Below are positions 1 through 11,229 of a stretch of 64,000 bases of DNA, in pieces; position 1 is the first letter of the stretch, and each line of letters begins with the position of its first letter. The stretch spans positions 186,001 through 250,000 of the forward strand of contig CP158636.1 in the NCBI GenBank assembly GCA_050273025.1. The letters are read 5' to 3'. A program made the position numbers and the translations under genes. The notes below the pieces were generated by a model, which did no database searches, had not been told where the DNA came from, and saw nothing but the letters and a program-made list of their open reading frames with translations. The stretch comes from Cenococcum geophilum. Lineage: Eukaryota.

Positions 1-660
1 ATATAGCCATCTATAAATAAAGGGGAGAAGATCCGCTTTAATTTAAGCATTATATAAAATATATAAATGTCCTACTAGGCGGTCCTCTTTATCCTCCGCT
101 ATAAGACCGTAAATATATCCTTTAAGAAGATGATAACAGTATTAACTATCCTAAATGCTAAGGGGAGACGCTACCTAAAACTCCCTAGGAGTATATAACT
201 TCTAGCTTAGGGTAATAGTAAGAATTATAGAGACACGGATAAACACATCCTATATTAATATTAGATATTAACGCACTTTATAGTGTTTATGTTAATAGAG
301 TTAAGAGCTATTCTAATCTCCCTTACTGCTAGCTGCTTATTTATTTATGCCTAAGAACTTTTAAGCTTATCTTTATTGTTATAATATATTAAGTTTTAGT
401 TTCGCTACTAATTCTTACTCCTGTCTCCCTTCCTAATAGAAAGTATAATAGTACGCTTTTACTTTCTTAATATAACATTCTTAAGGGATAAATAGCCTGT
501 TATAATATATTAGCCCGTTATAGATAAATATAATAACCGGTTAATATACTATTAGTTTTCTTGTTAAGATACTAAGTATACTATATATAGAAGAGAAAGT
601 ACTTCGTCTCTACTTAGGTGGCTTTAAATGTTAAGGTTTAAAACAAACTACTTTTATATA

Positions 661-1824
661 ATAATAATAATAATAATAATAATTCATTGCTTAACGTCCG
701 ATTTAGATCCCTGTTGGGCCCACGCGGACTACTCCTTATTTACATATGGGGAGAAAACTCTATTTAAGAAAAATGAGAAAACCCCGTGATCCATCTCCCC
801 GCCTTTTGGGACTCGCCTACTTAGCGCCTGCGAGTCGCCTATGGTGCTCTACTACCTTACTGTTTGACCTCCTTAGGAACCACTGCTGCCGTAACAAGCC
901 TACGGACGCGCTAGTATCACAAACTATTACTCTACTACTGTAGAGTTACTAGGGGGCACCTACTGCTCGCCCCCTTGCCTTTTATTACCATTTCCCTTGC
1001 AACCCGGAACTGATTTAGCACATTTTAACTAATAAGCCACTGGGTGACCGCCTTAAGGCCTTTTTATATTGAGAGCAGTGTATTATAGTTCTCTGTGCCA
1101 GCTACTGAGAGCATTATTTCTTAATTGGTGCGTAGGGGGCATAGCAGTATTACGTGTTTTGGTGTCTGTCTTAGCTAGCCACATTCGCATCTTGGGCTAC
1201 CTACTGGGACACCCACCCAGTAAAGCCAATCTTTTAGTCCTATTATTCCTGTTCTTAAGAGTGTTGCTATTATGTTTTCTGCCTTTATTAGGCCTTCTCG
1301 GAGCCCTTAGGTATTTACCCCCCATAGCATTAACCATGCTATGGCTTGGGTTTGTCTTGCCTAAGTCAGCCTCTGTACCTTTGACTCCCATTCACCTCTC
1401 CAGCGTTGGTCCAACCAGTATTGCATTACGGTAGATGGTTTCCCGGCATTCTTGCGTGTTCTACTTTGGCTCCTTTCTCTGTCTTACTGTTATCTTTACT
1501 GACCTCTTGCGCGTCTCCCTTCCTCCTCTATATAGGCCTGGGCCCTAAAGCAGCACCATTCTTCTTCTGCTTTCTTTACCTGTTTCTCTAATATCTCTTC
1601 CCTACTTTGGAGTTGTTGGTTTGTTCTCCTACGGGGCACCCTAGGGTCCCTCCATAGTTTACTTAGGCGTGTCTTAATGTACTTTGTGACATTAGAGTTG
1701 CGTTCATTTTGCGTCCTTTGCATTGCAGCGGCTTTAATATGTAACTGTAGGGGGGGAATATTGGATTCCTTCTCAAGCAGTGCTGTGGCCGTTCGCTTGT
1801 ACCCGCCTGTAATACTCCGGAGGC
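661..1824 (-). mobile_element. 5'-truncated Tad1-like LINE copy (3' end of ORF2, 3' UTR, (TTA)n tail), lightly RIP-mutated
   Basis: The reverse complement matches the LINE 3' end at ~52330-53501. (TAA)n tail at 661-683. Perfect 15-bp TSD AACTACTTTTATATA at 646-660 and 1825-1839. The minus frame reads LLRTGIIGLKDWLYWVGVPVGSPRCECG*LRQTPKHVILLCP, the C-terminal CCHC motif. Confidence 0.93.
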
Positions 1825-2455
1825 AACTACTTTTATATAGGTTTATCCGTATTAAAATACGGAGGTATATATATATAGTTATAAGCTAAAAGCTGCGGTT
1901 TATAATAGTATTACTAGTTAAGGAATTAACGATAGAATATATCTGTAAGAGTATTATAACGGTTTTAAGGGTATCTAGGTAGGTCCGTTATATAGATCTA
2001 AAGTATTACCTAAGCTGGATTAGTGCTAAAGTTATCTATTTATATCTTATTAAAGAGTAGTTGTATAAGAGGAGATATTTTAATATAGTATATATAATAG
2101 AATAGTGTAACTTAAATAGGAAAGTAACTAAAATTTAAGGAAGTTAATTTTGTTATATTTTATTACGGCAGTTAGCCTATATAAAGATATTAGTGGGGTA
2201 AGACTATATTAACTGAGGTCTAAAAACCTAGTTATCCGCGCCGACGCTATAAAGGTAATTTTAATAGTAGTGCATATATAAAGGGCCTTTTCTCCTATAC
2301 TCGCTATATGGCGGTATAGAATCGCTAGTATATTATATTAATTCTAACTAATTCTGGATACCTTATTTAACTAATTCGGCCTCTTTATATAATACTTTTC
2401 TTATTACTAACCTCCTTACTTTAGCTATATGCGCTGCACTGCTACTAATATAAGG

Positions 2456-2530
2456 ACTTTTAGGAAGGCTTCTAAAAAACTGCCTTAATTTACTATCTAC
2501 TATCTAGGTAATAATCCCTTGGCTTAGCTA
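2456..2530. repeat. Copy 1 of a direct repeat containing the near-palindromic AGGAAGGCTTCT core
   Basis: acttttaggaaggcttctaaaaaactgccttaatttactatctactatcta matches 4608-4657. The following ggtaataatcccttggcttagc matches ~4708-4729. Confidence 0.85.
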
Positions 2531-3919
2531 GCGCCTTAGTAACTAGCCTATATATTTCTTTATATCTTTCCTTTTCCTTAGCTTAGTATTTTTGTAATAT
2601 AGCATTTATTTAAGCTTTAATTTAGAAGCATTTATTTAAGCTATAACACTTAGTAAAGGTTTATAAAAGTATTTATATTTCTTGCCCTAGAGGTTACGCT
2701 ATCCCTTCCGCTAGTATATCCCGTCTTATTATTATTAATAAGAGCTAGCTAATAGAATTAATACAATTAAGACCCCGTGACTATACATATACTTTTAATT
2801 CTATTATTTATGTATAGTCCGCCTCTTATAGGACCAGCGAAAGGGATAGTAGAGATTAGTGAAATAAATTTCTCTTCAGCACTAAATATTGCCTTTGTTA
2901 CCCCCGTTATGTGTATTTTTTTATATAAGTAGTACTTCTTTACCCCTAATACTATATGGCCTAGTGTTGTATAATGCTACTAAGGTAGCGCCTTATTAGG
3001 TAATAGTAATGCCTAACTCTATAAACCTTTTATATAGTGCGGAGTTAGTCCTTATAAATACCCTACTAAGGCCACACTATCCTTCTTAATGCCGCCTAGA
3101 TTTTACTTTAATTTGTTCTCTTTAAAATATACGAGTAATATTGCTATTATTACTAGGATTATAGCTATCTCTATCCCTATTATTATGTTAGATATTTAGT
3201 GGCTCTTATATGCCCTAACTAAGAAATTTATATGCTTATAAGTGGATCTATATAAGATCTTCTATAAGCCCTTAATATACAAGACTAAAACTTAGCTAGT
3301 TTATATCTACCTTATTATAGCCTATCTCCTCTAAGCTCTAAGTATTTATAGTAATTATATCTAGATATGTATTTAGCAATAGGTATAACTAAGGATTAGG
3401 TGTAATATATAAAACTTTAGCACTAAGGACTTAATAAATAGGTAGCCCGGTTTAGGTTTAGGTTAAAATAGTAGTAGTATTATAGGTCTATAAGGCCTAG
3501 GGTATAAGAAGGTAATGATTAATATACTTCCTACCTTATAATACTTTAGGAGATGGGCTTAAAGGGTGAAGTAAGATGCGATATTTGCTAAAAAACTGTC
3601 TAAGAAGAATTGTTACTCTATAAGCGTAATAGTAGTCGTGCTATATTCTATATTGTTCCTCTATTATAATCTGTTAGCTTACTTTGCTAAGTCCTAATAA
3701 CCTTAACTAGAGTCGCGGACTACTTCTATAATAGTACTAATAAATAGGTTATGTAACCCGTGCTAATGGTTAGTTTATTTACACTTATATAGATACCCTA
3801 TTATTAATTTATAATAAGTATCTATTAGTCCTATAGGTAAACTAATCCTACCACTACCTAGGTCTCCTATTGGTTGCTGTTTTACTAGGCCGTAATAATA
3901 TATATAAGGCAGCTACGTG

Positions 3920-4345
3920 TATATAGTGGCCGACGCTTCTAGTAACTAAGCAATTTCCCTACACTTCTAACTACCTAAAAATCCTAAATAACTAAAGGCC
4001 AATACCCCTTATCTATATATTATAATGTTAAACCCCTTTAGTACTAAACACTAGCCGAAATATATAATTCTTAAACTTTAAGTAAACAAATTTACCGGTT
4101 AGAACCCTTTTAAGTACACTAACGCTATTAAGGCATATCTTGCTTTTATAGGACGTTTAACTAATAGTTTGGAATTTAGGAAACACTACGCCTATATTAA
4201 GCCGTTTTAAGCCCTAAAGCTAAACTAAATCTTATTCTATATCACTATAGATATGGAAAAAGATTTAGCTAACCCCCTAACTATTTAGGAGCTACTATAT
4301 AAGATATATCGCGTCTATTATAATAAGGAGGGAAAGTTATAAGGC
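3920..4345 (+). pseudogene. RIP-degraded ORF of unknown function
   Basis: After RIP reversal the frame reads as protein (KVNKFTGWNPFEYTDAIEAYLAFIGRLTDSLEFRKHYAYIEPF...MEKDLADPLTIQELL). No family recognised and the ends are approximate. Confidence 0.4.
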
Positions 4346-4607
4346 TAGTATTCCCTTCTTTATAAATTAGCTAACTTAGTATATAGCTAAGTAAAACAAA
4401 TTTAGAATATTATTAAGGAAAAGAATTACCTAACTTGGATACGCAAGCATAGTAATGTTTTATACCCTTAGGTAAAGTAGCCATATTAAAGGTTTAATTT
4501 AAATTTTAGACTAGTTTTAGCCTTATTTTTAGAACCGATTTATACTACTTATATTACTAGGGTAAATATATTAATATTGTACTATAGTTAAGCCGTTAGC
4601 TAGGGTA

Positions 4608-4729
4608 ACTTTTAAAAAGGCTTCTAAAAAACTGCCTTAATTACTATCTACTATCTATATTACTATTTACCTCTACCGTCTATAATACTATTTAAGACCC
4701 TTATTAAGGTAGTAATCCCTTAACTTAGC
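4608..4729. repeat. Copy 2 of the direct repeat, just downstream of the helicase gene
   Basis: acttttaaaaaggcttctaaaaaactgccttaattactatctactatcta, the same as 2456-2506 apart from G->A changes and a 1-nt indel. Confidence 0.85.
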
Positions 4730-7700
4730 GTTACTTTACTACTTAGGTTAACTATACTAACTTAAGCGATAATTTAAGAACCTCTAATTAATTGGCGTCT
4801 ACTTTTGCTAATAAGAACGCTACTATACTCTCTATATCCTTAGAGTTAGTACTATATCGCCGTAAGCGCTCTACCTAGGCCTATTTAATATTTCTTATAG
4901 CCGCTGTTATACCCAAAATAATGCTTAATATAAGCTCGCTATATTAGTACTAGTTAACTCTACTCCGTTTCTAGCCCTAGGTAGGATCCTTTATCTACCG
5001 GTTATATAGCTCTTAAGGCACTATATAGTAATAATACCCGCTAAACTTGGTAAAGCGTAATATTAATTATAACCTCCTAGCGGTATCCTAAACGGTGCCC
5101 GTTAAGGGCGTAGTGTAGGTACGTATATTATATAAGGCTTCGCTAGCCTAGGCCATATATATTAGGTAGTGTATTATCTACTAAATAAAATAGTGTCTTA
5201 GCTGCTCTAGCGTAAGCTATTCCGCCCTTACTAAGGCAGTTACTTTTAATTACTAAACGCTTATCCGCGCTTCCTATATTATAAACTCGGCCTTATTAGC
5301 GTCTAAAAGAATAGGCATATCTAACTCTTAACTGTCTAGCCATTTGGCAGCGTAAACGTTATATAGCTTCTTACTATTAGTGTAACCGTTCTAAACTAGT
5401 ATCCCGTCTATTTTCCTATCTAGGTATTTATTAAGTACCACCCTATAATAGGTTTTAACGTCTACTTCCCTTTAAAGATAGTCCAGCAGAGCTGCCCTAT
5501 AGCCTTAATCGCTGTCCATAGGCGTATTAAGCCTATTACTAAGAAAAATAACAGCCTAGCTTACCCTTTTATCACAGCCTACTCTCCTGCTTTTTTAGGC
5601 GTAGTCTTTAACTAACCTTAAAGCTTTTAGGTGCAGCACTATATTTATACTAGGTACGTTAACGCCTAAACCTAGCAAGCTCGTGGCGATAATAGTCCTA
5701 TTATTACTAGAAATAAAGCGCTTAAGTATATCCTTTTAGTTAATTAATTTAGAATAATAGGCTATATAGTAAAGGCTTTTGCTAAGATTATCGGTTATTT
5801 ATTTTATATAGTAGTATATAATCGCTTTCCTTTATAGCTCTAGTAGACCTATAATATAGCGGCTAATAACTTAAGCGGCTCGGTTAATGGCGGCTATAGT
5901 TAGGCTCCGTACCGGCTCCTTATCTATATTAATAATAGCGTAGCGTATATTACGTCTGGTGGTAGGCGCCCTAATTAACTTAATACTCTTAGCAGTAAAG
6001 TATATCTTACGCTAAAGCCGCTGCTCTTCTATTAGGGGGAGAGTAGCTATTAGGAGTACTATCTATATTTATATAACTGCTAAACAACCTAGGTATTGTA
6101 AAGGCGCGCGGAACTTACTACTCCCGTCTAGTATAGTATAGCATTTATTAATTACGATTTATACTAGGCGGCCTATAACTTATATTCTATTTATAAATAT
6201 CTAAAAGCTATCTACTTTAACCGCCTTAGGCGTTATAAATACTATTAATGCTACGTTAGCAGGGTTACGCCTATCCTATACTATAGCCTATAGCCTAGCT
6301 AACTTATATCTTTATAGAAGATCCTATTAGAGAGAGAGCAGCGAAATAATAATAATAGTAAGGCCTGCATTGTTATAAGCGGCTAGTAATATAAATATTA
6401 GACTTTTACCACCACCTATTAGCATAACAATAACTATTAGACTTTCCCTATGTAAGATTATATAGATACCAATCTGTTACATACCCTAAAATTTAGCTTA
6501 CTCTCCGCATATAGCTTTTAACTATATTATAGCATTAACGGTTCTTAGGCCGCGCCATCTTATCCGCTTAGCGTTGCTGGTTAGATCTATAGGTATAATA
6601 TACTTTTAAGATTTAGAGGAAGTATTTATAGCGCCATATAGGAGAAAGGCTAGGAAGGCGTACTACTTAGTACTTAATCTTTAGAATTGTTACCTTTTAC
6701 TTATAGTAGTTCTAACCAACTCTCCTATAAGACGCGTATATATAATCTCGCCTATTTAGGCCGTATAGCCTGCCTGCTCTTTATATATTATATTAAAAGA
6801 TCCTAACTTATCCTTTTTTAAGCTACTATTATTACTACTCTTAATAAAGGCAGACTAAGTCTTTAGGTACTTTTAACTAATAGTAATCGCAACCTAGTAG
6901 TATATTTAGATATTAAGCCTATATCCTAGGCCAGCCTCCATTTCTTACTAAAGGGTATAAGTAAAACGGCTAGAGTTCCATTTAGTGCCTTACGCGTTAG
7001 GCGGCCACATTTTATATAATATAGTATTCTTTAGCCAAAGCATCTGCTCTAGCGCGCGCTAAAATAGTAATATAAGCTAAAGGTATAGAACGACTAATTT
7101 CCTAACCTTACTAGGTATAAATTGGTAAATAACCTTAGACTATCTAGTATAGTAGGAGCCCTTAAAGTATTGAGGTACGAATATGACCATACCGTAGATA
7201 ATGAAAATGTTTTAATATTTGCCTATAATGGTGTTGCTATAACATATACTTAATATCTTAGTACCTTTTATAGGCTAGCCCCCTACAATATATATAAGCA
7301 CTAGAAGCTTATATAAAAGCGCTTTAACTTAGTTAAGGTAGGTTTTAATACCGGACTTATTTAGTTTACCTTCTAGGCCTTAGAGTTTAAATATAGCCTA
7401 GCGCTATTTATTTAGCGTAATATAGTTTATAAGCTAGTCCTAGGTATAGAAAATATACTTATTATAGGGGTCTTAAAGAAAGTTCTAGCTAGGAACGGAG
7501 TTACTAGGGTTATCCTAAAGGGCTTTAATCCGCACGGTTAGGGTATTAGTATATTGTTTATTAAATAGTAGGTCTTAGTAAACTAAACGTTCTATATCTT
7601 TAATAAGGCCATAGATAAAACTATAAAACTCGGGCATTATAAAATAAATAGCTTTATAGAGTAGCTCGTCGTTAACCTATTCTACCTCGCCCTTAATTGT

Positions 7701-9226
7701 TACTTTAAAGTGCACCTTTAGGCCATAGGTTTAAAGGTCTAGCATCTACTATATTAGTCCCTTAGTCCCTTACACTATAAACTTATTTATTATCTTAGTT
7801 AACGACTCTAAGTATCTTCCCTTTAGTATATCTTAGTGGGCATTACTATAAACAGCGTCTACGTTAGTAATTAGGGCAGCTTACACAACTATAAACTAAC
7901 TAAGCTTTATTATAGCCGATAGTGTCTTAGTATATACGCCGCACTCCTTTTACCCTGCTATTATTATACCCTATAGGGCTAATGCATATACTAAGGGACT
8001 CTTATACTTAGTACTGCGTACTCTTTAGTCTAGAAGTAAAAGACAAAACACTAGGTAAGCCTTAGCTAAGGGGCTAAGTATATCGCCCTCGTATAACCTA
8101 GTAGGGGTATTAGTACTACGCTCTACAGTACGTAGTAGCGCTAACTAGGTACACTCTTATTGGTTATTAAGTATATATCTAGGGCTAACTCTATCTACTA
8201 TAGGCTATATCCGTCTAAAGAATATAAGCACCATCTATTACGGTCTATAGTAGTTATTAAGGGGCTTCTTACCTTAGTACGATTAGAGGGGTTAGTATTA
8301 GTCCTAGTATACCTAGTCCCAGATAGCTTTAGTCCGTAAAAAGATACTGGCCTTTAAGGCTATAGTTTCGTTACAGGTCTAGTAGAGCTCGGCTATAGCG
8401 TTCTATATTATAGTAAGGGTTAACTTATTATCCGGGTTAGGTTTATTAATTAAGGCTAAAAGTAATTCCAACTCGGCAGTATTAAGGTAGTTATGCTACC
8501 CGGTATATTCCACCTAAGGGTTTATTTTAAAGATATTTCGGCAGTTTATATAGGTATTCGTCACTTATTCCTTCTTATTATAGGCAATAAAACTACTGTG
8601 TATAAATACTAGGAAATTATAGTTGCTAACTTTAGCAACATTATCCACCTCTATATTAGTTACGGCTATATTAACGGCAAAGAAGCTTAAGCCGTATCGG
8701 CTTAGAAATAGCCTTTAATAGGCGGTTTACTTCTAGGGATTAGGTATAGTCCATTCGGTCAGTCGTCTAGTAGTATTAATTAGGCGGCCCTTATACGCGT
8801 ATTTCTTCTATAAGTGTTAATCTCAGTAGTATATAGCCATTTTCTTCGTACTTCTGTATATATATTAGCAGATTTCCGGTATAAGCTAGTAGAGGAGCCT
8901 ATTATAATATATATTTAGGTAAAAAATAAGTTGCTTAAGGGTCCGGAGATTTAGTAACTTATTAGGTTTATAGACAAGTTAGTCTAGGGCTTAAATAAGG
9001 CGTACCAGTTCTTAAAGTTCGACTTTATTTAGCCGGTAGTAAATGCCGCTAAAATATTGGCGGACTTTAGAAGGCTATACTATATGTTAATAATTAGGAG
9101 CGGTGTAGACGATAATTTAGTATTCTGGTAGATGGATTAGATTCTCTATATATTTAATAAATGCTATTTCCCTATATATAGCTATTTAGTATACTTACTA
9201 TAGATTATAACTTTAGCCAAGGGCAT
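4700..9226 (-). pseudogene. RIP-inactivated large gene: DUF3505-like N-terminal Zn domain, candidate tyrosine recombinase domain and RecQ-like (SF2) helicase; telomere-linked-helicase-like
   Basis: ATG at 9226, with a GT-AG intron at 9146-9198 in correct phase. RIP-reversed motifs: IHLPEYQIIVC (~9105-9140), CQRLFPSRYGSSFFAV (~8675-8720), NPWVEYTGW (~8500-8525), GGQPxRGTEIL (~7255-7285), EQAGHT...IYAR (~6733-6780), MPTGGGKSL (~6400-6426), VIDECH (~6140-6158), LLTATLP (~6036-6058), ATSxLGLGVD and YAQESGRAG (~5580-5690). The 3' end is approximate. Confidence 0.88.
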
Positions 9227-11229
9227 TTTTAGGAAGGCTTCTGGAAATACTCCCTAGTAAGTTTTATATTGCTATTTATAGTATTCTAGTTTTAGTTCTT
9301 AGGGGGAAGGTATAAAAGCGCGTAGCCAAAGCTTGGCCTTAATACGATTCCTTAACGCGATTTCCTACTTTAATAATATCCCACCACTATAGCTGCATTA
9401 ATTCTAGCCCTAGGCGTAACGCCTTAAGAGACGCGGACATTCCTTCTATATTTACTTCCGGTATTATTTATTGGCACTAATATGCCCGTAGTATAGGTAT
9501 GCGATAGTACTAACCCTAGCCTCTCGTTCTTTGTTATAAAGTTATTAGAAGATACGTTATAGTAAATCTGCCGGTCCTATAGGCCTAAAGTGCTTTTATA
9601 ACTTAAACCTAAACTAGTTAATACAAATAACGCCAGTCTAGACTCTCGGCCGTAAAGCGAGGACAATAGCAACTATAATAGCCCGGTACGGTTTTGGTTT
9701 ACGGCTAGTATTATAGATAACGGTCTATAGGATATAAGCGACAAGAGTGCCCGCCGTAAGGGTAAAAGGCTAAGGCTAATATCTAATGCTTCTCTATCTT
9801 AACCGCTTACTAGGCATGCTTAGGACTATATAACTACACCAGGCCTAGAGTATATTATAACGGTTGGTAATATAAACAGGCGTAAGGAAAGGGATAGGCG
9901 TAGGAGGTTAGAAAATAAGCTCTTAAAGGTGTTTGTAATTAAGGAAGAGGATAGTATATAGGATATATATATATAGGAGAACGGAAGGAAGCTTGGCTAG
10001 TTAGCTAAATAGGCTAACTATATAGGAATAGGTAGACGAGAGGCGTTGGCGTTAGTCTATAGGGCAAGCGCTATTAGCAGCGGCAAAGCTGTTAAGAACG
10101 TTAAGGCTATACTTACCTACTAGCGAAAAAATAGCACTATAGATTTAAACCGGTAGACTAGTTCCTAGTTATCCTTATATCCTCCCTAATTATTATTACA
10201 GTCCTTAGTTACTTCTATGTCTGGCAGCTAGAATATAAATATAGCGCTATTAGGCTTCCGAAAGGCTTTCTTTAATATTACTAGTATTAAAGCAACTGGA
10301 ATACTTTAGAAGATTCTCTATTATTATTATCTCACATACCTCTACAATTGCTATTAAAATGCGGAAGCACTCCTAAATCGTACGCGATTAAGTATATAGG
10401 GTAGAGGTATTAGCGACGCGTCTTTAGTTAAGTAGTAGCTCTTTAAGGCACTCTACCTATCTATAGATACGCCTTCTTTATTACTAGCCAACTCCTCTAC
10501 TCTATCTAATAAGCAATAGCAGTACTTTATAAAGTGTCTTTATAAGGGCCATTAATAGTATTGTATATAGGAGGCACTTAGTTTTGGCATTTTTGCTCTT
10601 ATTCCTATATCTAAAATACCTTATTCTTTTATAGAGCGACTCTTATTAGGTATATTTAATGTATTTCTTAACCTTATCTAGCGGTTTTACCCAAACGCTA
10701 TTAAGTTTAGTCGACTAATAAAAGACTTTATATAAAATACATTAGTGGGCCGGCAGCTACCTTATAGTTATCTTCCTATTAAAGATATAAGTAATAATTA
10801 ACTGTAGGAAATAGATCTTTCTAATATACTCTAGCTGTTTAACCATTATCCTACGCTAGCTATTAAGGATATTTCTTCCTTACCTATTCCTTAAGTTAGT
10901 GGGATTAATTTCTTTTATTATAGTAGTATTATTAGGTATATATAGTAAATATAGACATTTTATAAAAGCTTTTCTAAAAATCTGCTGATTAAGGCTTGGT
11001 ACGTTAAGTCGTAGCTTAAATTAGGCGGTTGGCGCTATTTAACGCACTAGTTAGGGCGCACAGCGAATCGCAGCCTTATCTCTCATTGGCACTGTAATTT
11101 TAGCGCACGCGAGTTGGATTGGTGTAACCGTCCCCTAATTCCCCCTTTTATCCAAACCTAAATTAACCACTTCACCATATCGCGACCGTATATGCATATT
11201 GGTGGGATTTTGGAATTTTAGATAGGTAG

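Noticed and set aside
661..683. (TAA)n as an independent microsatellite
   Set aside because: It is the LINE 3' tail and abuts the TSD.
746..1889. Six short ORFs from the supplied track
   Set aside because: They are antisense or off-frame readings of the truncated LINE. Only 1496-1723 (-) is in the true ORF2 frame, and it is a fragment.
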